From a virus (lineage: Duplodnaviria; Caudoviricetes), in IMG/VR virus record IMGVR_UViG_3300031746_000019, positions 1 through 58,517 of that record: DNA of 58,517 nucleotides; one strand, 5' to 3'. Below, piece after piece: positions 42,466 to 52,193 of this stretch. Below the pieces are notes generated by a model. The model was not told the DNA's origin and did no database searches. It saw only the letters and a program-made list of their open reading frames with translations. A program made the translations under genes and the position numbers. Each line of letters starts with the position of its first letter. Within the stretch, counting starts at the first letter, position 1.

Positions 42466-45400
42466 TCGTCAAGGTTTGCCAATTCCACGCTCGCAGTGAG
42501 CAGGGTGAGCGTCTCGTCGAGGTCTTCCATCCGGGGGACATGGAGAAGGCCGCTGCGTTCTTCGATATGGAGAAGCGTGGCGCTCCTCTCCTACCCGAGG
42601 TGCAGCGGTATCTCCAGAACCTGAAGCCCAACCCGAATAAGATCTACGTGCTCGTCAATGCCCTGGGCGCTGGAGAGTACTGGGGTTCGAATATCAACGG
42701 GGACTACTTCCCAGAAGGCTCATTGATCCATACTGGTCCAGTGTATGGCTACGAGACCTTCTACCAGGCCCATCCCTACAAGCACCACGTCAACAAGGAC
42801 CCAAGCCGGTCCTTCGGACGTGTGGAGCTCTCGGTCTGGCATGACGGAATGAAACGTGTCGAGCTGGTGGTTAGGATCGATCGAGATCTAGCCGCAAGGT
42901 TTGGCGCGCAGGATGTCTGTGACAAGATTGATCACGGGATGTTCCCAGACGTATCGATGGGCTGCCTCCCAGAGGGGAGTCCTGTCTTCCGTGCCGATGG
43001 ACGTCGAGTCCCCATCGAGACGATCAAAGAGGGGGATAGCGTCCTTACCCATAAGGGCAGGCCCCGTCGGGTCACGTCTGTGATGGCTCGTCCACACAAG
43101 GGGTCGATCTATCACGTCAAGGCGTATGGACATCGTGACGCCCTGGTGCTGACCGGGGAACACCCTTTGTGGCTCATTCGCCAAGAACAGATGGAGTGCC
43201 GCCCGTCCCCCAAGACTGTGAACAGGGGCCGGAAGCAGCACGTCTGCACTCCGGACAGCAGCCACTCCAAGATGGGCTGCGCGGGGTGTTCTACCTCTCC
43301 CCAGTACCAGTTCGAGTGGGTCCGTACCGATGAGGCGTGTGAAGGGGATTATCTGGCGATCCCGGTTCCCAATTACAAGACCAACATCAGGTTCACAGCT
43401 GATCAGGCGCGACTGCTGGGGTACTACTTGTCCGAAGGGCTCGTCCTTCGCACGAAGGCCGGCACCCCCATGGCCGTTCAGTTCTGTACGAATCTCTGGG
43501 AGATCCAGACACACGCGGAGTTGTACCAGCTAGGGGAGCGGCTGGGCTTGAATGTGACGGAGTACGACGCAGAGGATCGAAACGGGAAGTACATCAGCAT
43601 CTGGGACAGATCACTGGCAGAGTTGTGCTCTCAGCATTGTGGTGAGAAGGCACTGACGAAGAGGTTGTCGAGCGATCTGATTAGTGCTGACGTAGAGACA
43701 CTTCTCCTGCTTTTGGGTGCTTACGCCAACGGGGACGGTGGCTGCTACAAGGGCTCTCTCTACTTCTCTACTGCCTCGGAGGAGCTGTCAGAGCAACTGC
43801 GTCTAGTTCTGGCCCGTTGTGGGATGATCGCCTCGGTCAACGAGCTTGTTCACAAACCTTCGAAGCTTGTTCCCAAAGAGACCGTCGAGTTTCAGGTGTG
43901 GGTCGGGACTGACACAGCCTGGAAGCTGACGACGGCTCACGTACCTTTTGGGAAGTCAGATCGACTTTGCAGCAAGCGCTTCTTCTACACATACGAAGGC
44001 GTCACGTACCTGGTGACGCCCATCGAATCTGTGGAGGAGACCCCCTACGACGGTGACGTCTACAACTTCGGGGTAGAAGAAGACGAAAGCTACCAGGTGG
44101 AAGGACTTGCGGTCCACAACTGCAAGGTCCCCTACGACATCTGTTCTGTCTGCACAGACTGGGCGAAATACAGGGATGCACAGGCCACCTATGAGCCAAG
44201 CAGACACAAGTCAGCTGGTGCTGCGGTACTCGAGTTCCATCGTAAGAACCCCATTCGGGGTATCTCTGTCACCCGCAACGACTACTGCACCCATCTCAAG
44301 AATCAGCTCAACAAAATTCTTGAGGATGGGCGTAAGGTCTATGCGATCAACGACTACCCTAGGTTCTTCGACATCAGCTTCGTCTTCATCGGTGCGGACA
44401 AGACGGCCAAGGTAATGGCCAAGCTAGCATCGGGCGCGGACTGCGTACCTTCCTGGTATGTTGCCGAGCAGATGGGCTACGATATGCCCTTGATGGAGAA
44501 GGAATTCGAAAAGGCGGCAGTGGCAGGTGGTCTGATTGACGATCTCCTACAAGGTGCCCGAGCGCGCTACAGCCCGGATGCTCTGAATACGAAGAAGATC
44601 GTAAAGCTGGTCACCAAGGCCAAAGAGCGTATGGACGCCCCTCCCCCCATCAAGAAAGAGGGCAGCGTCGCATCTGTGAGGGCACTGCTCCGAGAGAAAA
44701 GGGCTTCCCACAAGAAGGGCGCGGAGATTACAAAGGATGTGGTCCCCTCTCAGTTTGGGGGAAAGGCCGTGCCCGTGGATCGAAACACCCCAGACCTACC
44801 GAATGAGATCTTGGACAGGTTGGGAAAAGGGCCACTCGAAGAAGCACTCTCCACCCCTTCTTCCTTGGGTATGCTCCTCCGGCCTCGAGAGTTCCAGCGC
44901 ATCACCATCATCAGCATCGGTCGTAAGGACCTCGCGGACAAGATGGACGAGGAGGGCAAGGTGTTCCCTCCGACCTCTGACCGTGACGCATCCCTTCCTA
45001 TGGGCGGGGAGCACATCAGCGACGTCATCAAGAAGCTCTTGCTTCCGTTCTTGGAGGACAGGAGCTACTTGGAGCCAGTGGCCAAGAGAAGAATGGCTCG
45101 TAGCGCGGGTGAGAGCTCGAAGGCACCCCAGGTAGAGAAGGTAAAGAGAGCTGCTGTAGAAACCCCCTTCCTACGGAAGATCTCCGCAGCCTATAATGGC
45201 TACCTAGATCGAGCGATAGGATGTTTCAAGTACGCGGCAGAAGCTGTTAACAATGACCCGGAGTTGTGGGAAGCTGTGTTCCACTCTGGGTTGGCTGATG
45301 GGTTCGAGAAGCAAGCAGAAGAGAAAGTGAATCCAGCAGTAGTGCTTGGTGCAATTGGCGGCGGGTGGGCTCTCAGCGAATACGCACGGAGACAGAGAAG

Positions 45401-45587
45401 CAAGGCCATGCAGGGGAACAGAGAGCCAGTGGGACCGATTACAGACCTGATCGCGGAATATCCGAAGATCCTGATGGTCTTGGCCGGTCTCGGTGCATTG
45501 CACCAGCAAGGTTCGTCAATCCCACGTAGACTCGTGGGGAGCTTGGGTGGCTTCGTGAAGGATCCGCTCGGGCCAGGGAAAAGCTAA
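42462..45587 (+). CDS. Prohead maturation protease (HK97/assemblin-like fold) with intein and long C-terminal extension
   Basis: N.NGDYF, 'HHVNKD....GRV', VSMG|C (putative catalytic Ser), 'FFDISFV..GAD.TA'; lies upstream of scaffold-like genes and the MCP. Confidence 0.7.
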   Translation: MIVKVCQFHARSEQGERLVEVFHPGDMEKAAAFFDMEKRGAPLLPEVQRYLQNLKPNPNKIYVLVNALGAGEYWGSNINGDYFPEGSLIHTGPVYGYETFYQAHPYKHHVNKDPSRSFGRVELSVWHDGMKRVELVVRIDRDLAARFGAQDVCDKIDHGMFPDVSMGCLPEGSPVFRADGRRVPIETIKEGDSVLTHKGRPRRVTSVMARPHKGSIYHVKAYGHRDALVLTGEHPLWLIRQEQMECRPSPKTVNRGRKQHVCTPDSSHSKMGCAGCSTSPQYQFEWVRTDEACEGDYLAIPVPNYKTNIRFTADQARLLGYYLSEGLVLRTKAGTPMAVQFCTNLWEIQTHAELYQLGERLGLNVTEYDAEDRNGKYISIWDRSLAELCSQHCGEKALTKRLSSDLISADVETLLLLLGAYANGDGGCYKGSLYFSTASEELSEQLRLVLARCGMIASVNELVHKPSKLVPKETVEFQVWVGTDTAWKLTTAHVPFGKSDRLCSKRFFYTYEGVTYLVTPIESVEETPYDGDVYNFGVEEDESYQVEGLAVHNCKVPYDICSVCTDWAKYRDAQATYEPSRHKSAGAAVLEFHRKNPIRGISVTRNDYCTHLKNQLNKILEDGRKVYAINDYPRFFDISFVFIGADKTAKVMAKLASGADCVPSWYVAEQMGYDMPLMEKEFEKAAVAGGLIDDLLQGARARYSPDALNTKKIVKLVTKAKERMDAPPPIKKEGSVASVRALLREKRASHKKGAEITKDVVPSQFGGKAVPVDRNTPDLPNEILDRLGKGPLEEALSTPSSLGMLLRPREFQRITIISIGRKDLADKMDEEGKVFPPTSDRDASLPMGGEHISDVIKKLLLPFLEDRSYLEPVAKRRMARSAGESSKAPQVEKVKRAAVETPFLRKISAAYNGYLDRAIGCFKYAAEAVNNDPELWEAVFHSGLADGFEKQAEEKVNPAVVLGAIGGGWALSEYARRQRSKAMQGNREPVGPITDLIAEYPKILMVLAGLGALHQQGSSIPRRLVGSLGGFVKDPLGPGKS
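42963..44120 (+). mobile_element. Intein (386 aa) with in-frame LAGLIDADG homing endonuclease
   Basis: Starts CLPEG; block B LTGEHP; LLGYYLSEG and LLGAYANGDG motifs; ends VYNFGVEEDESY...AVHN followed by +1 Cys. Confidence 0.92.
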
Positions 45588-45669
45588 CTTCGGTGAACGT
45601 TAGGGGCTGAAGACCTCGAAGAAGCGAATCACCGGGGACCAACGAAACCGAAGAAAGAGGAGAGATCAG

Positions 45670-46482
45670 ATGGACGAGCAGCTTGCCGCGATCTACGGCA
45701 CTGGTAACAACGAGGTCGAGGAAACCGACATCGAGAAGATGGCAGCAGCCGAGCTCCTCGTGAAGCTCGCCGAGGAAGAGGGCGTGGACCTCGATCAGTT
45801 CAACGATCAGGAGATCGCCGAGATGGTCAGCGGCCTCTACAAGGGAGCCGAGTTCCCGCCCAAGAAGGACGAGGGGAAGAAGGAAGAGCACGAGGAGGAG
45901 GAGTCCCCCAAGAAGGAGAAGGAGGAGGAGGCCAAGGAGAAGGCAGCCGAGGCCGACTTCCTGGGGCGCGTGATGGCGCACTCGATGGTCCAGGAGATCC
46001 GCGAGATCGAGAAGGAGGCTGGCAAGGTCGGCGATGCCCTCAAGGCCGTCAAAGATCTGCCGGGTCGGTACGGCAAGAACGTGAAGGAGCGCGCACAGTC
46101 CGCTGCTGCTAGCATGCGTCAGGCCAAGGCTGGCCGTAGCATCAGCGGTCAGGAGCTGACTGGTGGTCAGCGCATTCTGAGTGCTCTGAGGGGCGCGAAG
46201 AAGCTGGCCCCTGAGGCAGGCGTGGCAGCGGCCCTGACCGGCGGTGGCATCCTCGCCGCCAAGTCTGGCAAGAAGAAGGAGTCGTCGGCCAACATGGAGG
46301 CCCTGGATCAGCTGGCCTCTCAGCGGGCCTTCGAGATGGCGAAGGAAGCTGGCTACATCGATGACGAGGGGAACTTCCTGGTCGAGCAGCAGAAGGAAGC
46401 CTCGGCTCTCGAGCTAGCGATCGAGAAGCGGGCCCTCGAGATCTGCGAAGCGAACGGCATCCCCGTGGAGTGGAACGAGTAG
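45670..46482 (+). CDS. Acidic scaffold-like/internal head protein (270 aa)
   Basis: Strong SD and codon bias; charged helical sequence; many K-x-A motifs; lies between protease and MCP. Confidence 0.55.
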   Translation: MDEQLAAIYGTGNNEVEETDIEKMAAAELLVKLAEEEGVDLDQFNDQEIAEMVSGLYKGAEFPPKKDEGKKEEHEEEESPKKEKEEEAKEKAAEADFLGRVMAHSMVQEIREIEKEAGKVGDALKAVKDLPGRYGKNVKERAQSAAASMRQAKAGRSISGQELTGGQRILSALRGAKKLAPEAGVAAALTGGGILAAKSGKKKESSANMEALDQLASQRAFEMAKEAGYIDDEGNFLVEQQKEASALELAIEKRALEICEANGIPVEWNE

Positions 46483-46507
46483 TAGTCACCCGGCCTGGGG
46501 CTAAACG

Positions 46508-46819
46508 GTGGAAGAGAACACGATCATGGCTTTCTGGGATGAGCTAGAGAAGATCGGTCAGCAGGCACGATCTCCCGGTAGCCCGTTCGCATCGAAGACA
46601 GTCGGTGCGCCACGTGCCAAGCTCCCGCCGTCTCAAGCAGACCATGCTCCTACTCTATCGGATAACCCCAGCCCCAAGCTGGTTGGCCCTGCCTCGAACT
46701 ACGGGAAGAGGCAGAACTACGCTCAACCAAACGTCGCAACCCCACCCATGACGAATCCGGAACAGGGGGAAGATGTGCGCAATACCCCCGTCCCCAACGT
46801 CGTTTTTGGGGTGCGTTAG
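46508..46819 (+). CDS. Leader-family small Pro-rich protein (103 aa)
   Basis: AFWDELEKIG leader. Confidence 0.65.
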   Translation: MEENTIMAFWDELEKIGQQARSPGSPFASKTVGAPRAKLPPSQADHAPTLSDNPSPKLVGPASNYGKRQNYAQPNVATPPMTNPEQGEDVRNTPVPNVVFGVR

Positions 46820-46830
46820 AGGAGACCAAG

Positions 46831-48174
46831 ATGGCACGTTTCTCTCTCCAGGACATGGTCCGACAGACTCTCGCGGCAGCGTCAGAGCGCGAGAAGACTG
46901 CTGCGGACGAGTCCAAGAAGGACGAGAAGAGCGAGGTCTCCGGCAAGCTCACCACTCCCAAGGAAACAGGCAATACTCCGGAGCGTAATTACGAGAGCGT
47001 CAACGACAAGACCGCATCGGTCTATGTGTCGAAGCTCGCAAGCGCAGTGGAGTATCTCAACGCCCACTTCCTGAAGGAGGCCGTCGGCAAGCCGGAGCCC
47101 CCGCTGAGTCACAGCACTCCCGAGTCGCCCACGGGCGCTGGCAAGGGTCAGACGGCACTCGAGACCAACCTGAAGAGCCCCACCCCGGGCATCCAGTCGG
47201 AGAACACGGGGGAGGCAAAGACGGGTAAGATTCCAACCACCACAGGTCACGACGTGAAGTCCCCGGGACAGACCAATCCGGAGACTGCACTGGAGACTGA
47301 TCGAAACTCTCCCCCGGGGGGATCTGAGAACTGGACCCACCAGGACAAGATGAAGCAGGCGGCCGACTCCGAGAAGAAAACTCAAGAGGACCGCAGCTTC
47401 ATGACTCCCGTCAACAAGCTGCGTGCGAAGGGTCGGGAGAGCAAGGTCGTTCGTGGTATCACACACGGTCTCAGTGGTGCTGCTCTAGGTGGCAGTGCTG
47501 GAGCAGCCCTGCATCACGTAAAGGGTAAAGCCGGTGGAGGTCTCAAGGGAGCTCTCATCGGGGCAGCTCTCGGTACCGGGGCAGGTATGCTGCGTGCCGA
47601 GAACGCGAAGGGGTGGCGTCAAGCCCGTTCCGAGATGGGTGCGTCTGAGAAGAAGGCAGAAGCCGACCTCGGCCGTATCCTCGGCATCATGGACAAGATG
47701 GCCGGCGAAGATGTGAGCTCGTCTCACATCCTGGCTGCCCATCACGACAACCCTCCGGATGCCACCAAGGCGGAAGAAGGGGTCCCCAAGCTCCCAGGTG
47801 AGGCTAGCAAGCAGGAGGCTCTCGTAGGGAGTAACAAGGCAGCGATCAACTACACGAAGCAACAAGCGAAGGCGGTTCCCAAGGCACGGATGGGTGAGGT
47901 GATCGACGAACCAGCCCAGAGGAAGTCCACGGATCCAGTTCTTCACGAGAATCTCGATGCAACGTCCGGCGCGGGTGTGAAGCTGTCTTCCGCCGAGCAG
48001 GTCGTGGCAGCGAGGGCTCTACTCCGCAAGATCGCGGAGGCAGGGGCGAGAGACGATGCTTCGCCCGAGGAGCAGGAGAGGGCGGCGCAACTGCACGCCG
48101 CTTTCAAGTCCAAGCAGGAAGAGAAGTCAGCGAGTTTCGGTAGCGACACGATGCCCATTCAGGGCGGGTACTAG
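46831..48174 (+). CDS. Largely disordered scaffold-like/internal head protein (447 aa)
   Basis: GAGGAG SD; low complexity; internal repeat TALET[ND]; many K-x-A motifs. Confidence 0.55.
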   Translation: MARFSLQDMVRQTLAAASEREKTAADESKKDEKSEVSGKLTTPKETGNTPERNYESVNDKTASVYVSKLASAVEYLNAHFLKEAVGKPEPPLSHSTPESPTGAGKGQTALETNLKSPTPGIQSENTGEAKTGKIPTTTGHDVKSPGQTNPETALETDRNSPPGGSENWTHQDKMKQAADSEKKTQEDRSFMTPVNKLRAKGRESKVVRGITHGLSGAALGGSAGAALHHVKGKAGGGLKGALIGAALGTGAGMLRAENAKGWRQARSEMGASEKKAEADLGRILGIMDKMAGEDVSSSHILAAHHDNPPDATKAEEGVPKLPGEASKQEALVGSNKAAINYTKQQAKAVPKARMGEVIDEPAQRKSTDPVLHENLDATSGAGVKLSSAEQVVAARALLRKIAEAGARDDASPEEQERAAQLHAAFKSKQEEKSASFGSDTMPIQGGY

Positions 48175-48179
48175 GAGGG

Positions 48180-48572
48180 ATGACCATGAGCCAGACGAAG
48201 ATCAGTGCAGCTCAGGCCGCGCAGGTCTACGCTGAGGTTCCGGCTGTCCTTCGGGCACTCGTAACCGAGCGGGACGATCTGCGCACGAAGCTGGCGGCGG
48301 CGGATGCCAGAATCCAGGAGTTCGAGAAGTCCGACCGAATTGAGAAGATCGCTCGGTCGATGGAGGAGAAGGGTATCGATACCGGCTCCACCTTCGAAGA
48401 CAAGATCGAGCGGATCAAGGAGGCGACGGCTCGTGGTCGTTCTCTCGATGTGATCGCAGAGGCGATCGAGATGACGGCCCCCAACGGGGACCTGGGCAAG
48501 CTGGCTGGGGCGGAGGCACCGGGGAATGGTGCGGATGCGCTAACTTCCTACCTGCTGGGGAGCGTCTCCTAG
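48180..48572 (+). CDS. Small coiled-coil protein, possible scaffold (130 aa)
   Basis: GGAGG SD; coiled coil; directly upstream of the capsid genes. Confidence 0.55.
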   Translation: MTMSQTKISAAQAAQVYAEVPAVLRALVTERDDLRTKLAAADARIQEFEKSDRIEKIARSMEEKGIDTGSTFEDKIERIKEATARGRSLDVIAEAIEMTAPNGDLGKLAGAEAPGNGADALTSYLLGSVS

Positions 48573-48611
48573 GCAGAGAACGAAGAACGGAAGAACTCAG
48601 GAGGATTTCCA

Positions 48612-49058
48612 ATGGTAGTCAACTTCACGCTGGTCTCGGATCTCCAGCTGCTTCAGCGGAGGGACTTCCCTCTCTACGACAAGACGCTGGCCGACCCGAA
48701 CGGAACGAACCCGCTGATCGACGGCGAGTTCATGAATCTCAACAGCGCGTACCAGCTCATCCGTGGTGCTGATGGCTCCGTGGGTTGGACAGTCTTCGCA
48801 GAGCGTGGGCGTTTCGACGTCCAGGCCCTGAAGAAGACGACGGTGCTGTTCGGGAACACCTACGAGGCGGACACCCGTGTGTTCACCACGACGAACCTCA
48901 CGCTACTGGGCAAGCTTCAGATCAGCCAGAGCGTGGACGTGGACGGCAAGACCAAGTCGGGTCTCGCCATCTTCTCGTCGGGCGAGTGCATCGGTTACGT
49001 CACCAGGCTGCCTGCGAACAATGGGCAGAGGCTTCGGTTCATCCAGACCCTGGTGTAA
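48612..49058 (+). CDS. Putative capsid decoration/cement protein (148 aa)
   Basis: Small beta-rich protein immediately before the MCP; strong codon bias. Confidence 0.5.
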   Translation: MVVNFTLVSDLQLLQRRDFPLYDKTLADPNGTNPLIDGEFMNLNSAYQLIRGADGSVGWTVFAERGRFDVQALKKTTVLFGNTYEADTRVFTTTNLTLLGKLQISQSVDVDGKTKSGLAIFSSGECIGYVTRLPANNGQRLRFIQTLV

Positions 49059-49094
49059 GAGCCAGGTCAAGAGACGGGAAGAAGGAGAAACAAC

Positions 49095-50216
49095 ATGAGC
49101 GTTCCCTCGAGACTCCTGAACGACCTCTTCGCCAACAAGGTGGGGACGGCCGAAGGGAAAGAGAAGATCGCCGAGTACGCCGGCACCTACATTCGCGACC
49201 GTCTGCGTGAGGTTGCGTTCAGCCGCAAGGTTCTTCCGCCCCAGATGGTCACCCGGGCGGACTGCCAGCGGTCTGTCAACCACGACACCCTGGTCAAGAT
49301 CATCGACGTCGAGCCGAAGTCACGGGCGATGTCCATGACCTTCCGTGGCCAGCCCACGGCCAGGTTCATCCGCGCTCCCCGCGCTGAGGTTGCTTTCTGG
49401 ACGATCTCCTCGGAGAAGTTCGAGAAGACCGAGCAGGAGCTCCTGGCGTACGAGATGCCCATCACCAAGGTCATCGAAGACAACTCGGTGAAGGACATCC
49501 AGGAGATCGAGGACCGCGAGTTCACGATCCACATCGAGGCCGCTGTCCAGGCCCTCCAGGCGGAAGCCAACGGGACCATCACCACCCTCAACGCCACCGC
49601 CATCCAGGGTGGATCTGTGGTCGAGTTCAGCGTTCGTAAGGGCGAGCTGGCTCGCGCTGTTGTCGGAGCCGACAACGGCACGGTGCTCCCAGTCCAGAAG
49701 CCGGACTTCGTCAACCTCTTCAAGATGCTCGATGGCAACCGGCTGCGCTCCGAGCAGGTGCTGATGACCGAGCCCGACTGGGATGACATCCTCCAGTGGA
49801 CGCTCGAGGACTTCGGCGACAAGCTGCTGTCCGAGACCACCGTGGACGGGTACAAGTACAACCTGCTCCTGGGCAAGCAGTACATCCGCACCATCAAGAC
49901 GGACATCCTGCGTCCGGGCAACATCTACTGCTTCACCTCTCCGGACTTCCTCGGGAAGTTCTACATCCTCAACAACACCAAGTTCTACATCGACAAGATC
50001 GCGAACCTGATCACGTGGCAGTCCTGGGAGGACATCGCCATGTCGATCATCAACATCGCGTCGATCAGGAAGCTGGAGCTGTACTCCGGGGATGCCACCA
50101 CACTCGACCTCGACAGCATCCTGTCGAGCAAGGTGCCAGTGGCGGAGGAAGATCTGGGCGCGGAGAACAACAAGGTCGATAGCGGCCTGGTGTTCCCGGG
50201 TATCGAGATCTACTAG
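49095..50216 (+). CDS. Major capsid protein (HK97-fold predicted), 373 aa
   Basis: Very strong codon bias, strong SD, followed by a terminator; sits in protease-scaffold-decoration-MCP order; 'IRDRLREVAFSRKVLPP' and 'KDIQEIEDREF' fit HK97-type N-arm and spine helix. Confidence 0.75.
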   Translation: MSVPSRLLNDLFANKVGTAEGKEKIAEYAGTYIRDRLREVAFSRKVLPPQMVTRADCQRSVNHDTLVKIIDVEPKSRAMSMTFRGQPTARFIRAPRAEVAFWTISSEKFEKTEQELLAYEMPITKVIEDNSVKDIQEIEDREFTIHIEAAVQALQAEANGTITTLNATAIQGGSVVEFSVRKGELARAVVGADNGTVLPVQKPDFVNLFKMLDGNRLRSEQVLMTEPDWDDILQWTLEDFGDKLLSETTVDGYKYNLLLGKQYIRTIKTDILRPGNIYCFTSPDFLGKFYILNNTKFYIDKIANLITWQSWEDIAMSIINIASIRKLELYSGDATTLDLDSILSSKVPVAEEDLGAENNKVDSGLVFPGIEIY

Positions 50217-50250
50217 CAGTTCAGGCCCAGGCCTGTTCTGTCGGGTCATG

Positions 50251-50291
50251 AGGGCGCCAGCGTCTGCTGAAGGCGCTGGCGCCCTTTTTTT
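50251..50291 (+). terminator. Intrinsic terminator after the MCP gene
   Basis: AGGGCGCCAGCG/CGCTGGCGCCCT stem followed by a T7 run. Confidence 0.9.
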
Positions 50292-50302
50292 AGGAGGCTG
50301 AG

Positions 50303-50821
50303 ATGACGTACCAAGTCGAGAACATCGCACACAATGCGAAGACCCGGACACATCGGGCCAAAGCTGCGGGTGCGAATCGGTGCAAGTTGTACATCGCAGG
50401 ACAGAGGGTTGTCCCCGAGAGAAAGATCTCTATCTCCGAGGTGCAGTTCAAGGCAGAGGCCAATAGCCTCCTGAAGATGGTTCTGGAGGGGAGGATTGCT
50501 CTCTACACCCCAGACCAGATGAAGATCACTAGCTTGCCCACAGGCGAGCTTATCGTGCTTCGCCTCACGGATGGGGCAATCAAGATGCTCCCCCTTGGAG
50601 TAAGTCCCCCGTGCTTCTCCGTGGCCCCTACGATCGAGGCCAAGTCCCCGGTAGCGGAACCCACCAAGGCCGAAGTTGTCCTTGCTGTCCCCGCTATCGT
50701 AGACTTCCAGCCCTCCATGGAGGTCGAGGCCCCAGTGCTCTCCACAGCCGAGGAGACACCAGCTGTGGAAGAGGAAGCCCAAGAAGAGCCGGTCGAGAAG
50801 GTACGCCGGAAGAGGAGGTAG
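50303..50821 (+). CDS. Hypothetical protein (172 aa)
   Basis: GGAGG SD; Pro/Glu-rich C-terminus with a basic tip. Confidence 0.65.
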   Translation: MTYQVENIAHNAKTRTHRAKAAGANRCKLYIAGQRVVPERKISISEVQFKAEANSLLKMVLEGRIALYTPDQMKITSLPTGELIVLRLTDGAIKMLPLGVSPPCFSVAPTIEAKSPVAEPTKAEVVLAVPAIVDFQPSMEVEAPVLSTAEETPAVEEEAQEEPVEKVRRKRR

Positions 50822-50825
50822 TTCG

Positions 50826-51101
50826 ATGGCCAAGGTCACCAACCTGACGGAACGGACGGTCCTTCTGCATCACTGGAAGGTTCTTCCCAAAGGGTCCCGT
50901 CTGCTCAACCCCCAGGGTGTAGAGAAGGACTCGATGCCAGACGTACTGGCCTACAGCCCATCAGGGAAGCACCTGGCTGACCAAGGCCAGCTCGAGCTTG
51001 AAGGCTACATCCCCACAGCTCTCCGTGCCCCCGTGGTTGAGGCTCCGAAAGAGCCCAAGCGTAAGAAGCGAGAGAAGTCGGAGTTTGGGCAGGAGGAGTA
51101 G
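50826..51101 (+). CDS. Hypothetical protein (91 aa)
   Basis: GGAGGT SD; in operon. Confidence 0.6.
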   Translation: MAKVTNLTERTVLLHHWKVLPKGSRLLNPQGVEKDSMPDVLAYSPSGKHLADQGQLELEGYIPTALRAPVVEAPKEPKRKKREKSEFGQEE

Positions 51102-51614
51102 ATGGACGCCGGGACGGTCTCAGCCTTCGTAGATGAGATGGGTGATGTGGGCAAGAACGAACGAGCCGCATCGAAGTACTCTGCGATGGAGATGCCTGGT
51201 AAGATCAAGAACCCAGACAAGCAGTCCCCCTACGGTAGACAACTTCTCCAGGGGCAGGAAGTGGAGAAGGAGCACAAGGGGACCATCAACTGGCTGAAGA
51301 AGAACCCAGACGCCCCCTTGGAGGCCGCCACGCGCAGCATCGCCAGCGAGCACATCCCGGAGGACAAGAAGTACTACACTCATCTCAAGGAGATGGAAGA
51401 GAAGTACAAGACGGCCATGCTGCGAGGGCTCTTCGATGAGCTCCAGAAGATAGCTGGCCCTCCTCCTATTCCTTCCTTCGCAAAGACGCTTAAGAATCGG
51501 CTTGTGAAGTCGGCTGTGAAGCCGAAGCCTCAGGGATGGGTTCAGCATGTCCCGGGGAAGGGCTTCACAGTGAATGAAGGTTCCAGCATTCTTCACGGGC
51601 CGTTGGTGGACTAA
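51102..51614 (+). CDS. DUF5661-like protein carrying leader-family motifs (170 aa)
   Basis: 'G.EVEKEH...IASEHI.ED..YYTHLKEME' resembles DUF5661; contains SAFVDEM and GLFDELQKIA. Confidence 0.55.
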   Translation: MDAGTVSAFVDEMGDVGKNERAASKYSAMEMPGKIKNPDKQSPYGRQLLQGQEVEKEHKGTINWLKKNPDAPLEAATRSIASEHIPEDKKYYTHLKEMEEKYKTAMLRGLFDELQKIAGPPPIPSFAKTLKNRLVKSAVKPKPQGWVQHVPGKGFTVNEGSSILHGPLVD

Positions 51615-52129
51615 TGACAGCACAGCTTCAGGGCTTGTCTGGCATTCCTGGTGTGAGCGACATCTTCAATGCGTTTATCCAGACCGTGCGCTTCTTCATG
51701 CGTGATCATCCGCAGCTCAACCGCCTCATCAAGGGGGAAGAGTCTTCAGATCGAATGGTCGCATGGGCCATCCTCGACTTCCTTTCCGACTTTGCAGGCA
51801 CCCCCCCGAACCTGGGGTACTACACTCTCGACCAGCTCTTGCAGATGCACTACCAGTCCTTCGCGCTCAGGGGGACGGTGGTATCTCTGCTTCAGTCGGT
51901 GGGCATCCTTCAGACGAGGAACCATCTTCAGTTCTCTGATGGTGGCATCAGCGTGGGAGTATCAGACAAGGCGCCCATGTGGATGCAATGGATCAGGGAC
52001 TTCCAGAACAAGTACGAGCAAGAGAAGATCACTCGCAAGGTAAGCCTGAACATCTCGCAACTAATGGGGACAGTCTCTGGCAGCCATACCGAATATTTTT
52101 TCGTCAATGGGTGGTATGGGATTTACTGA
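51614..52129 (+). CDS. Putative head-tail adaptor (neck) protein (171 aa)
   Basis: Helical 'VRFFMRD' start and 'FSDGGISV' hairpin; position downstream of the MCP. Confidence 0.5.
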   Translation: MTAQLQGLSGIPGVSDIFNAFIQTVRFFMRDHPQLNRLIKGEESSDRMVAWAILDFLSDFAGTPPNLGYYTLDQLLQMHYQSFALRGTVVSLLQSVGILQTRNHLQFSDGGISVGVSDKAPMWMQWIRDFQNKYEQEKITRKVSLNISQLMGTVSGSHTEYFFVNGWYGIY

Positions 52130-52193
52130 TCATCAGGGAGAGCGTTTCTGGCGTTCTCTTTAGCCCGGAAGTGGGCGCATACTAGGAGGCATC

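Noticed and set aside
45574-45587. GGGAAAA run at the end of the protease gene as another -1 slippery site
   Set aside because: Phase is wrong (CCA GGG AAA AGC TAA is not X_XXY_YYZ).
45588-45653. Alternative pairings of CTTCGGT(GA) with TCACCGGGG or ACCGAAG upstream of the scaffold-like gene
   Set aside because: Stems are short and could be chance in GC-rich DNA; no riboswitch motif recognised.
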